Source: Bacillota bacterium (lineage in GTDB: Bacteria; Bacillota; Clostridia; Peptostreptococcales; Anaerovoracaceae). From it: a stretch of DNA of 64,000 nt. This document shows positions 35,833 through 44,951 of this stretch, one piece after another. The notes below the pieces were generated by a model. That model ran no database searches. It was not told the DNA's origin and saw only the letters and a program-made list of their open reading frames with translations. A program made the position numbers and the translations under genes. How positions within the stretch are numbered: the first letter of the stretch is position 1; each line of letters starts with the position of its first letter. The stretch spans positions 12,031 to 76,030 of the forward strand of contig JAFRXM010000024.1 of the NCBI GenBank assembly GCA_017443515.1, given 5' to 3'.

Positions 35833-35887
35833 GATGACAGGGGGACGGTTCTCTGTCACCGTGACAGAGAACCGTCCCCCTGTCATC
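35833..35887. repeat. head-to-head pair of GTGACAG-class hairpin repeats (copy E, two cores)
   Basis: GATGACAGGGGGACGGTTCTCTGTCAC-C-GTGACAGAGAACCGTCCCCCTGTCATC has perfect 27-nt arms. It lies in the predicted 5' leader of the TetR gene, ending 3 nt before its GGAGG RBS. Confidence 0.9.
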
Positions 35888-35900
35888 CCGGGAGGGTTTT

Positions 35901-36485
35901 ATGACAAAGGTACAGGAAAAGCAGACTTTAAGGCGCAAGGAGATCATCGAAAAGATCGTGCCCCTGCTCGAAGAAAAGTCGTTCGAAGAAATAAGCGTCG
36001 AAGACATCTGCCGCGCCGCGGACATCTCCGTAGGCTCCTTCTACCATTACTTCGAAAAGAAATCCGACATCCTCGTGGGCCTCTTCAGCCGCATCGACAG
36101 CTACATGGAAGAGCACGCCTACCCGCTCATGAAAAAACGCGACGAGGCGGAAAACATCCGCATCTTCGCGCGTGAATGGCTGAAATATATAGAGGGCACC
36201 GGCCTGGAGCATTCAAGGCTCATCTCCTCGATAGACGCAACAGACCTCACCTTAAGCGGCGATGAAAGAAGCTCGGCTAAAAAGCTTGCGGAGTGCTTCG
36301 CCCGCGGCCAGAGGCTGGGCACTATAGACGATTCCCATCCAGCCGCGGAAGCCTCCTCGCTTTTCATGATAGCGCTGCGCGGAATAGCCCTGGACTGGAC
36401 AAGAAGAAACGCCTCGTACTCGCTTACGGAGCGGGGCGATATCTACATAGACTATCTTCTCAAAGCATTGCGTCCGGCAAGATAA
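35901..36485 (+). CDS. TetR/AcrR-family regulator
   Basis: HTH: ISVEDICRAADISVGSFYHYFEKKSDIL. It is divergent from the dehydratase operon. Confidence 0.8.
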   Translation: MTKVQEKQTLRRKEIIEKIVPLLEEKSFEEISVEDICRAADISVGSFYHYFEKKSDILVGLFSRIDSYMEEHAYPLMKKRDEAENIRIFAREWLKYIEGTGLEHSRLISSIDATDLTLSGDERSSAKKLAECFARGQRLGTIDDSHPAAEASSLFMIALRGIALDWTRRNASYSLTERGDIYIDYLLKALRPAR

Positions 36486-37303
36486 TCTGCAGCAAGAAGG
36501 CCGTTCTCCCGGCCCTCTTCGTATAGGGCGAGTATTCTTTTTTTATCTTTTTCAAGCGAGTGCAGGTGGTTGTGCCTCGGGTAAAGTATGAGCGCCCTGC
36601 CCTCTTTTTCAAGCTCCAGGCAGCGCCTTAGCTGCAAGTTGTATATCTCCGCCTGGCGGGCGAGCTTTTTTGCTATCGCAGGGTATTTTTTCAATTTTTC
36701 CGCCGCGGCCGCATCGCCTTTGCCGCTGCGGAAATGGTTTTTGGGCAGGGTCAGTATGACGATCACGCTGTCGCAGCCGTCGGCGAGGGCTTTTTCGAAG
36801 GGTATGGGATCGCTGACGTAGCCGTCGAAATAACGCTTTCCGTTGAATTCGTAGGGCTTGCAGACTCCGGGCATGCACGAGGACGCGCAGATCATGCCGT
36901 ACGAATCCTTTTTCATGAGCTCTTTTCCGAAATACTCCGCCTCACCCGTCTCAGCGTTGGTAGCAACAGCCTTCATCTCCGTGGGCGAAGCCATAAAAGC
37001 CTCGTAGTCCAGCGGGCACTTACCGCCGGACCTGCTGAGCGTACCATAAATGTAATCCAGATCTATCAGCGATCCGGTAAGGAGCTTTGCGACCGGGCCT
37101 ATAGCCCTCGGAGAAAAGTTGTACCTGGTGTAGAAGTTCAGATTCCGCCCGGACTGCCCCGAAACGTAGGAACAGCAGTTTGCCGACCCCGCGGAGACTC
37201 CTATGCAGTAATCCAGCCTTATATCGTTATCTATGAGGTAGTCGAAAACACCGCTTGCAAAAACTGCGCGGTTGCCTCCGCCCACATCTATTATTCCTGT
37301 CAT
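36452..37303 (-). CDS. patatin-like phospholipase
   Basis: Oxyanion GGGNRAVF, a GxSxG nucleophile elbow (GVSAGS) and a later D-G pair. Confidence 0.75.
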   Translation of the reverse strand: MTGIIDVGGGNRAVFASGVFDYLIDNDIRLDYCIGVSAGSANCCSYVSGQSGRNLNFYTRYNFSPRAIGPVAKLLTGSLIDLDYIYGTLSRSGGKCPLDYEAFMASPTEMKAVATNAETGEAEYFGKELMKKDSYGMICASSCMPGVCKPYEFNGKRYFDGYVSDPIPFEKALADGCDSVIVILTLPKNHFRSGKGDAAAAEKLKKYPAIAKKLARQAEIYNLQLRRCLELEKEGRALILYPRHNHLHSLEKDKKRILALYEEGRENGLLAADYLAGRNALRR

Positions 37304-37326
37304 ATATTTACCGTGAGTTTTGTCCG

Positions 37327-38778
37327 CTATTTTGTGAATCTGATCTTAAGGCCCGGCAGAACCAGTACCGCGGAACGCTGCCCGTCCCGCCCTTCGCGGA
37401 CAGGCACTACGCCCCACTTCAGCTTTCCTTCGTCGGAGAAGGAGCACGGGTATCTGCCCAGATCATGCCTTCCGGTAAGCGCCGCGCCGTCCGATCCGAA
37501 ATAGTAGAATTCGTCGGCAAGCACCTGCCAGCCGGTCTGCATCACGCCGTCCGCGTCGAAAAGGTACAGCGAGCCGTCTATGAACAGAGGGCCTGTGCGC
37601 ATGGCGCCGTCCGTGCCGAAATAATACCTGACGCCGTCCGTATCCTGCCAGCCTGTAAGCATGGCTCCGTTATCGTCAAAGAGGTAGCGGCTGCCGTCGA
37701 CATCCGCCCATCCGGTACGCAGCTCTCCGTTTTTGCCAAAGTAGCAGCGCGAAGCCTCAGCTCCGCCGGAACTTTCCCGGCCTGTTCGCACGTCCTGCCA
37801 GCCTGTGAGCATATCGCCGCCATCTGTAAAGAGGTATCTGCGGCCCGCTATGGTCTGCCAGCCGGTAAGGAACTGTTTTGCCGCAGGATCAAGGTATCCG
37901 ATGGAGCCACCGGTGCTTTCAGCCCCGCTGTTTTTGCGCACCCAGCCGCTCTGCGCTTTGGCATCCAGGTACCACACATCAAGATCTACCACACCTTCTA
38001 TCCCGGGCACCTTGCCGCTAGAACTGTACTGCCAGAACTCGTAAGGACCTTCGTAGCCGGACTTCCTGTTGGTGGTGTACGCCGCGAGCCAGACCGTATA
38101 TTTTCCGTTGATCTCCGCCATGTTGGCCTTGCTGTTGCTGTTGAGGGCCGACCTGCTGCCGTAGAAGCACGGCGTATACCCGGCTGCCTTCACCCTTTCC
38201 AGGAACGCCAACGCTATATCCGTGCGCGTGCGGCTGTCCAGCTGAGCCTCATAGAGCCTTCCCACCGGCTTGCCGTCGCTGTAGGGAAACTCCACGTCGT
38301 AGACGACAGGAAGCAGGATGTTCGCCGGGCCGAGGCCGTACTTTTCAAGCAGCTGCACCGTAAAATCAGCCTCTTCTACGCCTTCCTCCACGGTGATAGC
38401 CTGCGAGAACAGGTAGACCCCTACCATAAGGCCGTTTTCCAGAGCGCCCTTAAGGTTCTGCTCCAGATACTCATCCTCCACCAATGCGCCGGTGCCGTAG
38501 CCGCGGTAGCCCACTCGTATGAAGACGAACTCCGCGCCCGCGTCCGCCACCGCCTTCCAGTCTATCTCCTTCTGGTGAGCCGAAACGTCTATGCCGTAGT
38601 GCTTCTCGCGGCCTGCCATCTTCTCGTCGTGGATGAGACCTCTTCCGCCAAAGCCCGCAAAGCGCGTATCGTAGCTGTACTCATCCTCCGCCGCGTAGGC
38701 CGACCGGGATCCCACTACCCCGGCAGCCAGACCCGTAAGCATCAGTATAGTAAAAAACAGAGCAATTATCTTTTTCAA
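37327..38778 (-). CDS. GH25 muramidase with C-terminal cell-wall-binding repeats
   Basis: GIDVSAHQKEIDWKAVADAGAEFVFIRVGYRGY is the GH25 pattern. The C-terminus has repeated GWQ..G..YYF/YLF motifs. I chose the TTG at 38778 (an AGGGGA RBS lies 7 nt upstream), because the longer ORF-track start overlaps the upstream operon terminator. Confidence 0.7.
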   Translation of the reverse strand: MKKIIALFFTILMLTGLAAGVVGSRSAYAAEDEYSYDTRFAGFGGRGLIHDEKMAGREKHYGIDVSAHQKEIDWKAVADAGAEFVFIRVGYRGYGTGALVEDEYLEQNLKGALENGLMVGVYLFSQAITVEEGVEEADFTVQLLEKYGLGPANILLPVVYDVEFPYSDGKPVGRLYEAQLDSRTRTDIALAFLERVKAAGYTPCFYGSRSALNSNSKANMAEINGKYTVWLAAYTTNRKSGYEGPYEFWQYSSSGKVPGIEGVVDLDVWYLDAKAQSGWVRKNSGAESTGGSIGYLDPAAKQFLTGWQTIAGRRYLFTDGGDMLTGWQDVRTGRESSGGAEASRCYFGKNGELRTGWADVDGSRYLFDDNGAMLTGWQDTDGVRYYFGTDGAMRTGPLFIDGSLYLFDADGVMQTGWQVLADEFYYFGSDGAALTGRHDLGRYPCSFSDEGKLKWGVVPVREGRDGQRSAVLVLPGLKIRFTK

Positions 38779-38817
38779 TGCATTATCCCCTTTGCTGTAT
38801 CCTATTTTAAACAAAAA

Positions 38818-38851
38818 GGCATAATAAAACAAGCCCCGCGCTTGGCGGGGC
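38818..38851 (-). terminator. intrinsic terminator of the flavo-FeS/ALDH operon
   Basis: On the minus strand, GCCCCGC-CAAGC-GCGGGGC is followed by TTGTTTTATTAT. Confidence 0.7.
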
Positions 38852-38872
38852 CTGTATGCTTTTCAGATCCTA

Positions 38873-40270
38873 CTACTTAAGATTCCACTTTCCGAAGAGT
38901 TCCTCGTCGGTCGGGATGTGCTCTTCGATAGGATAGGAGATCCATGTGGTGTTCATGAAGTGCTTGTAGGTGATGTTCTCGGATGCGATGTTTCCGCCCC
39001 AGGTTCCGCAACCAAGGGAAGAAGTGAACGGCATACCGTTGTTCCAGTTACCGGTGTTAGCAGCGGATGTAGCCTGGTTGACCATGACCCTGGAAGTGTG
39101 GGTGTAGGTAGCAAGCCTCATTACGTGCTCGTCATTGGTGGTCTGGATAGCGCAGCTGTGGCCCTTGCCAGCAACTTCGTGGATGTCGTTTACGCACTTG
39201 ATCATCTCGTCGAGAGTGTCTCTCTTGTAGACAGCAACAACGACGGAGAGCTTTTCGAAGCTCAGCGGGTGCTCCTTGAGTCCGAATCCTTCGTACTCGC
39301 AGATGATGAAGGTCTTGTCTGCGGGGATGGAGAATCCAGCCATCTCAGCGATCTTCTGTGCAGGCTGTGCAGCAACCTTGGAGTTGAACTTGCCGTTCGG
39401 GAACATCATCTGCTCGAGAGCCTTGACCTGCTCCGGAGTGCAGAGGTATCCGCCTTCAGCAACCAGCTTGGGCAGGAACTCGTCATAGATGTTGCTCTGA
39501 ACAACGAGAGCGTTGTCGGAGGAGCAGGAAGTAGCGTTGTCGAAGATCTTGGAAACGCGGACGTTTGTAGCAGCCTTGTCGAGGTCAGCGGTATCGTCGA
39601 TGAGGACAACAGCGTTGCCTGCGCCTACGCCGTAAGCCGGAGTACCGGAGGAGTAAGCGGACTTAACGAGGCCGGAACCACCAGTAGCGATTACGAGGTC
39701 GCACTGTGCCATCAGAGCTGCGGAAGCTTCCATGCTTACGTCGGTGATGGTGAGGATGAGGTCTTCGGGAGCGCCGTGCTTTCTAAGAGCTGTGCGCATT
39801 ACTTCGCAGACTTCGTAGTTGGTCTTGTTTGTACGGGGGTGCGGGCTCATAACGATAGCGTTTCTGCACTTGATAGCATCAAGAGCCTTTACTACCGGAG
39901 TCATTTCGGGGTTGGTGCAGGGGATGATAGCACCGATGACGCCTACCGGCTTAGCCATCTTGATGATGCCCTTTTCGGTGTCTGTCTCGAGGATACCAAC
40001 GGACTTCTTGTCCATGATATCTCTCCAGCATCCTCTTACCTTCTTGCGAAGCTTGGTGAGCTTACCATCGAGGGTTCCCATTTTGGACTCTTCGAAAGCA
40101 AGAGTTCCGAGACGGACAACGTTCTCTTCTCTGGTGATTTCGAAAGCGATAGCTGCGCAGAGCTCGTCTACCTGTTCCTGGGTGTAGTACTCGATCTGAG
40201 CCTGAGCTACTCTTGCACGTGCGATAAGGTCCGCTACCATTTCGGTCGGAGTCTTAACTGCTTCAGACAT
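38873..40270 (-). CDS. CoA-acylating aldehyde dehydrogenase (SucD/EutE/PduP-like)
   Basis: 465 aa: [18 protein letters not shown]...[25 protein letters not shown]...[11 protein letters not shown]...GCGTWGGN. Confidence 0.75.
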   Translation of the reverse strand: MSEAVKTPTEMVADLIARARVAQAQIEYYTQEQVDELCAAIAFEITREENVVRLGTLAFEESKMGTLDGKLTKLRKKVRGCWRDIMDKKSVGILETDTEKGIIKMAKPVGVIGAIIPCTNPEMTPVVKALDAIKCRNAIVMSPHPRTNKTNYEVCEVMRTALRKHGAPEDLILTITDVSMEASAALMAQCDLVIATGGSGLVKSAYSSGTPAYGVGAGNAVVLIDDTADLDKAATNVRVSKIFDNATSCSSDNALVVQSNIYDEFLPKLVAEGGYLCTPEQVKALEQMMFPNGKFNSKVAAQPAQKIAEMAGFSIPADKTFIICEYEGFGLKEHPLSFEKLSVVVAVYKRDTLDEMIKCVNDIHEVAGKGHSCAIQTTNDEHVMRLATYTHTSRVMVNQATSAANTGNWNNGMPFTSSLGCGTWGGNIASENITYKHFMNTTWISYPIEEHIPTDEELFGKWNLK

Positions 40271-40331
40271 AATAGTTGTCTCCTTTCAATATTTGAATAT
40301 CTTACAATATGTTATACGAAGTCATTGTGCC

Positions 40332-40357
40332 CCACCGCCCGGAAAACCGGGCGATGG
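40332..40357 (-). other. intercistronic GC-rich stem-loop without a U-tract
   Basis: The minus-strand RNA reads CCAUCGCCCGG-UUUU-CCGGGCGGUGG, an 11-bp stem with one G-U pair. It lies between the 565-aa FAD oxidase and the ALDH gene. Confidence 0.5.
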
Positions 40358-40384
40358 AGCGAATGGTTGTACTGTGTTTACAGA

Positions 40385-42082
40385 CTACTTCTTAGCCTGC
40401 TTAGCCTTGTGAGCCTTGAGGTATTCGGGATCGAGTGTACGATAGTAGGAACCGCACAGATCGAGCGGGTTGAACGCCTTCTTGACCTGATACTGATAGG
40501 TTACCAGACCGGGCTGAGCCATGCCTACGAACATCTCGTTCTGCTCGTCCTGGGTGTAGTAGTAGTCGGTCTCCGGATGACGGGCTGTCATGTTCCAGTT
40601 ACCCATGTCTGCGCCGAATCCATACTTGTCGCAGAGCTTCTGGCTGTAGTTCTGGATGAAGTCGCAGGCGCCCTTTACGGACTCTCTGTCGTGTCTGTCG
40701 AACCACTGGAAGAACTCGTAACCGGTTATACCGCCGCCGCCGAGTGTGGACAGAGCGCCCATCTCGGAGTCGCCGCCTGTAGCTGCAAGAGCGGTGCTGT
40801 GCTTGTCAAAGTCCTCACGCATCTGGTGATACTCTTCCATGACCTTGGAGGTAACGAATACGTTGTTGGAAAGTCCGCCGGAACCTTCGTAGCTGGAAGC
40901 CAGCGTGTAGTTGAGGTTCTTGTGTCCAAGACGCAGCAGGTAGAGTGCTACGAAGTCGTGGATCTTCGGCTGGAGCATGTACTCGTTCTTCCATCCCTTT
41001 ACACGGCGGAGGATCTCGTCGATAGCCTTTTCTTTCCACTCCATATCTCTCTTGGTCATACCTACAACGACGACCTGGAGATCGATCTTGCAGAGCTTGT
41101 TCTGCTCAGCGATGTACGGATCGTTCATGTACTTGGGCAGATCGCAGAGCTGACCTTCAGGATCGGACAGGAGCTCGAGCATCGGCAGCTTGATGTAGCG
41201 GCCCCACATGTTGAACTGTCTGTGACCGAGGTAAGCGATCTCGTTGTTCTGAGAGAGCAGGTTGATGGTGTTTGCGTAAGCTTCCCAGTTGGGGAAGTTG
41301 AGCGTGTAGGTCTTGATGTTCCACTGCGGAACGAGCTTGTAAGCAGCGCCTACGCCGTAGGAGGGCAGTACGCGCGGACCCGGCCAGGGGTGGAGACGGA
41401 CTGCAACTCTGCAGCATACGCCCATGGAGCCTGCGGGGCCCTGCATACCACGGAGCACGCCTCTGAAGCTGGGGCCGGGGCCTTCGCCGCAGAACCAGTC
41501 TCCGCCTGCGCCGAGGGTACCGGTGCGGACGAGATCTCCGTTAGGAAGTACCCACTCGGTAGCGAGCATGTTCTCGGAAGCTACTCCCATGAAGCAGGAG
41601 GACGGTCCGAATGCTACCCAGGAAGCGGTACCGGCAAGAGTGGAGGAGGAGCATCCTACACCTGCCATGTTGACGTTGAAGCCTCTCTTCATAGCTTCGA
41701 CCTGTACTACAGCGCCGATAGCGTAGGGCTCTACGACAACATACTGATCTCTTTCGTGGAACTCGATCTTCTTCATGCGCTTCATATCGATCTGGAGGGA
41801 GTCGTCGTCGCCGATGTAGCCCATTACAGACCAGAATGTTGTAGCAGCCTTGAAGTGGATGTCGTACTTGTTGCAGATCTTAACGATTGCCTGAACTTCC
41901 GCGGTGCTTCCGGGCATGATGACTGCGCCGGGGATCGGGGACTTGACATCGTAAGGTCCGAAGTGAGCGGAGGACTGGGTATTGATAACTCTGTAGGATT
42001 CGAGCATTGCCGGATCCTGAGAGATATTCTTCTTACCTACTACCAGCTCTAATTCTCTATAAGCGTCCTGATTGAATGCCAT
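40385..42082 (-). CDS. FAD-binding (PCMH/VAO-type) oxidoreductase, long form
   Basis: 565 aa. The N-terminal FAD segment is PGAVIMPGSTAEVQAIVKICNKYDIHFKAATT...IDMKRMKKI. Confidence 0.65.
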   Translation of the reverse strand: MAFNQDAYRELELVVGKKNISQDPAMLESYRVINTQSSAHFGPYDVKSPIPGAVIMPGSTAEVQAIVKICNKYDIHFKAATTFWSVMGYIGDDDSLQIDMKRMKKIEFHERDQYVVVEPYAIGAVVQVEAMKRGFNVNMAGVGCSSSTLAGTASWVAFGPSSCFMGVASENMLATEWVLPNGDLVRTGTLGAGGDWFCGEGPGPSFRGVLRGMQGPAGSMGVCCRVAVRLHPWPGPRVLPSYGVGAAYKLVPQWNIKTYTLNFPNWEAYANTINLLSQNNEIAYLGHRQFNMWGRYIKLPMLELLSDPEGQLCDLPKYMNDPYIAEQNKLCKIDLQVVVVGMTKRDMEWKEKAIDEILRRVKGWKNEYMLQPKIHDFVALYLLRLGHKNLNYTLASSYEGSGGLSNNVFVTSKVMEEYHQMREDFDKHSTALAATGGDSEMGALSTLGGGGITGYEFFQWFDRHDRESVKGACDFIQNYSQKLCDKYGFGADMGNWNMTARHPETDYYYTQDEQNEMFVGMAQPGLVTYQYQVKKAFNPLDLCGSYYRTLDPEYLKAHKAKQAKK

Positions 42083-42099
42083 ATTTATACCTCCCTGAA

Positions 42100-43368
42100 T
42101 TACAGTGCACGAGCTACGAGGTCGATAATGTCGATGACATCGATCTTCTTACCGTTCTCGTCTACTGCGTTCTTGAAGTTGGCCTCGCACCACGGGCAAG
42201 CTGTTACGAGAGCATCTGCACCGGTGCTGTTAGCTTCGGTGACGCGCTCGTTGGCTGTAGCCTGAGACATTTCCGGGTTGGTGATCTGGACGTTTGCGCC
42301 AGCGCCGCAGCAGAGCGAGTACTCGCGGATACGTTCCATCTCTACGAGGGTGACCCCGGGGATAGCCTTGATGACATCGCGCGGTGCGTCATAGATTCCG
42401 TAGACGCCCATTCTGCGAGGTCTTCTGGGCTCCCAGGTAACTACCTGGTTCATGATCTTCTTTTCTTCGCCGTGCCATTCGGTGTAGGGCTCGCCCTGAC
42501 GGCCGAGGTGGCAGGGATCATGGTAGGTGACTACCAGGTCGAGGTTCTTCTTGAACTTGATCTTCTTTTCCTTGATGAGTTTGTCGAGGTACTCGGTAAC
42601 ATGGAGTACTTCTACCTTGCAGCCGCGTGCAGCGTACAGGGTCTTGAATGCGTGATAACAGTCAGCGCACGGGGTAACGATGGTCTTTACGCCCTTGGCT
42701 TCGAATGCCTTGATGTTGGCATCTGCTCTGGCGCCGAACTCATCGAAGAAGCCCATCTGATATGCACGGCCTGCACAGCACATATCTGCGTCGCCGAGAT
42801 ATCCGAGCTTGACGCCGGCCTTGATGAGGGTCTCGGCAGCCTTCTTCGCATAGCCCTGCAGAGCAGGATCATAGCTGTACTTGCAGCCGGGGAAGAACAC
42901 GACTTCTGCGTCCTTCTCGAACTTGATGCCCTTTGCCCAGTCCTGTCTCTTTGCCTTCTTTTCGCCGGCAATGAGGGTCTGCTGCTTCTTGAGGGAATCG
43001 ATCATCTTCTTCTGCTCGGGAGTAGCGAAGCCCTTGAGTATAGCTTCGTTCTTGAGCTCTACGCAGTAGTCGAGACCTTCGAGGTTGAACCTGGTGATCT
43101 TGCAGGTTACGTCGCATGCGCCGCAGGCGGTGCAGGACTGAACAGCGTTGAGCCATTCCGGAGAAGACTTGAAGTCGTAGTCGCCGGTCAGATAAGCCTG
43201 GCCTACCTGCCACTTACCACGCAGTGAGTACATATGCCACTGATAGTAGAGGTTGGTGGGGCAGTTCTCGCCGAAGCGCTGGGACTGGATCTTATCGAAT
43301 GGTATCCACTTGCAACCGAGGCAGTTGGAGCAACGCTCCATCATCGGTAAATAATCTTTTAATGCCAT
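42100..43368 (-). CDS. iron-sulfur protein with two ferredoxin motifs and two CCG domains (GlcF/GlpC/HdrD-like)
   Basis: CSNCLGCKWIP...CP and CTACGACDVTC, plus FFPGC...MCCAG and YHDPCH...LCCGAG...CPWC. Confidence 0.75.
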   Translation of the reverse strand: MALKDYLPMMERCSNCLGCKWIPFDKIQSQRFGENCPTNLYYQWHMYSLRGKWQVGQAYLTGDYDFKSSPEWLNAVQSCTACGACDVTCKITRFNLEGLDYCVELKNEAILKGFATPEQKKMIDSLKKQQTLIAGEKKAKRQDWAKGIKFEKDAEVVFFPGCKYSYDPALQGYAKKAAETLIKAGVKLGYLGDADMCCAGRAYQMGFFDEFGARADANIKAFEAKGVKTIVTPCADCYHAFKTLYAARGCKVEVLHVTEYLDKLIKEKKIKFKKNLDLVVTYHDPCHLGRQGEPYTEWHGEEKKIMNQVVTWEPRRPRRMGVYGIYDAPRDVIKAIPGVTLVEMERIREYSLCCGAGANVQITNPEMSQATANERVTEANSTGADALVTACPWCEANFKNAVDENGKKIDVIDIIDLVARAL

Positions 43369-43386
43369 ATTCTAGTCTCCCCTTTC

Positions 43387-44865
43387 TTAAATTGTGATCT
43401 TGCCGGGGTTCATGACGCCCTTGGGGTCGAAGATGCCCTTAAGCTTCTTGAGGTTCTCGAAGCCCATAGCGTCCTTGTTGAGCTGGATGCGTGCCCAGGG
43501 TCCGTGCGGCCTTGAATAGTAAGCGCCTGCCTGAGCCAGCTCTACGCTTGCTCTGTCGAAGAGCTCCTTGGCGAGCCTGGTATCCTTGCAGGATGCCGGA
43601 TCGTACGGAAGCGTGAAGCAGATGTGGTATGCGGATCCGTAGTGGACAGGCTGTACGTATACGCCGATGTCGGAAGCGGGATAGCCTACCTTGGCTGCGA
43701 TGTCGTTCATCTTGTCGATGAACATAGCGGTGTCGTCGATCTTGCTCATGAAGAAGATATCCTGGAATGCGCCCTTGTAGGTCTCTTTCCAGTACTTCTT
43801 TGCCGGGGACGGAGTAATGGCCTTCTTGTAGAAATCGTTAGCGCTTACGCTGCCGATAGCGTTGACAGGAACGAGTCCGTTCTTCTGAGCGAATTCCTTG
43901 ATGTCAGCTTCCTGCTGAGCGCACTTTTCCTGCGGCAGAAGATCTCTTCCGCCAACTCCTACGAAGCAAGCCCATGCGGGGAGTTCCTTCTTGAGAGCTT
44001 CGATCTCCTTGGCGTCCTTACCCATGAGGTTGGCGATCTGCGCCTTGTTCAGGATGAAGAGCTCGTCAGAGAAACGAACATGGATGACGTCCCATACGAA
44101 GTTGAGGAGAGCTTTTTCGGTCTCAGCGGTGACGAAGAAGCACTTGTGAGCCTGATGAGCGAGCTCGCAGCGGACAGATGCCCATGTTACGACGCCCATG
44201 GTTCCTTCGGACTGGGTGAGCAGACGGTAGAAGTCGAGCATCATCGGTCCGAGCGGGCTGACCTGCCACTTCTCCTGGCTCCACTGCTTCTCGAGGGATC
44301 CTACAGGACCACCGTTTGCAGCGTCGCCTGTGTACATGCGGTTTCCGTCGCCCCAGGTGACTTCCACGCAGCGGAACGGCTCGGTGTAAGAGAAGCCGTG
44401 GCATGCATTGAGCCTCGGCTCGATGTCCATGACGTCTGCGAGGACGGACTTGGTGTCTCTCGGTGCCAGGGTGTATGCGAAGTGCATGCCCTTCTTAGCG
44501 AGTTCCTTCTGGAACTGACCATAGGTGACGCCCGGCTCGATGACAGCCATTCTGTGAAGCTTGTTGATGCTTAATACTTTGTTCATTCCGGACAGATCAA
44601 CGATTACTGCGCCGGGAACGGAGGGGACGGTGTCTCCCTTATAGTGGGGAGCACCGGAGCTGACAGGTATGATCGGGAACTCCTTCTCATTTGCAAGCTT
44701 TACGAGAGCTTCTACCTGGTCAGCGTTCTTCGCCTTTACGACGAAGCTTGGAGTCATTGCTTTAGCAAAGCTCTTGTCGCTGGCGTAAGCGGCAAGATCT
44801 GCTTCCTTATCAGAAACAGCAGCAGCGCCAAAGATCTTCTCCAGTTCAGCCTTGAGTTTAACCAC
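43387..44865 (-). CDS. FAD-binding (GlcD-like) oxidoreductase
   Basis: 492 aa with a GTG start after AAAGGAGG. PSFVVKAKNADQVEALVKLANEKEFPIIPVSSG...VIVDLSGMNKV. Confidence 0.7.
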   Translation of the reverse strand: MVKLKAELEKIFGAAAVSDKEADLAAYASDKSFAKAMTPSFVVKAKNADQVEALVKLANEKEFPIIPVSSGAPHYKGDTVPSVPGAVIVDLSGMNKVLSINKLHRMAVIEPGVTYGQFQKELAKKGMHFAYTLAPRDTKSVLADVMDIEPRLNACHGFSYTEPFRCVEVTWGDGNRMYTGDAANGGPVGSLEKQWSQEKWQVSPLGPMMLDFYRLLTQSEGTMGVVTWASVRCELAHQAHKCFFVTAETEKALLNFVWDVIHVRFSDELFILNKAQIANLMGKDAKEIEALKKELPAWACFVGVGGRDLLPQEKCAQQEADIKEFAQKNGLVPVNAIGSVSANDFYKKAITPSPAKKYWKETYKGAFQDIFFMSKIDDTAMFIDKMNDIAAKVGYPASDIGVYVQPVHYGSAYHICFTLPYDPASCKDTRLAKELFDRASVELAQAGAYYSRPHGPWARIQLNKDAMGFENLKKLKGIFDPKGVMNPGKITI

Positions 44866-44951
44866 GCGATTACCTCCTTTGGAATGCTGGATAAAAAATG
44901 TCTATAAAACAAACGATCAACGTTTATTTCCGTGTTTTAAGGGCCCGGGAC

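Noticed and set aside
35672-36025. A 118-codon N-terminal extension of the CoA-transferase ORF. The extended starts of znuA (3229), znuB (5012), the lipoprotein (5755), purN (8900), purE (12654) and the transketolase N subunit (20781) are similar cases.
   Set aside because: The extensions run through promoters, operators, hairpin repeats or the preceding gene. Internal ATGs with canonical RBSs give N-termini that match the expected protein families.
36452-38832. The GH25 lysozyme and patatin-like genes could be a prophage lysis region or a CBASS-type effector.
   Set aside because: No holin, capsid, tail, integrase or cyclase genes are nearby. The muramidase has a signal peptide and cell-wall-binding repeats, typical of a housekeeping autolysin. 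The patatin gene stands alone.
38918-42052. A 1044-aa ORF on the plus strand. Similar long antisense ORFs occur at 1161-2888, 14072-16312, 8894-9928, 9925-11343, 18928-20478, 42076-43227 and 58109-59107.
   Set aside because: These lie opposite genes with clear family signatures, for example ALDH, the FAD oxidases, nrdD, purM, purF, transketolase and the activase. Their translations are low-complexity and rich in Val, Gly, Ala, Asp and Leu. They span two or more real genes. Long open antisense frames are expected in GC-rich, codon-biased coding DNA.
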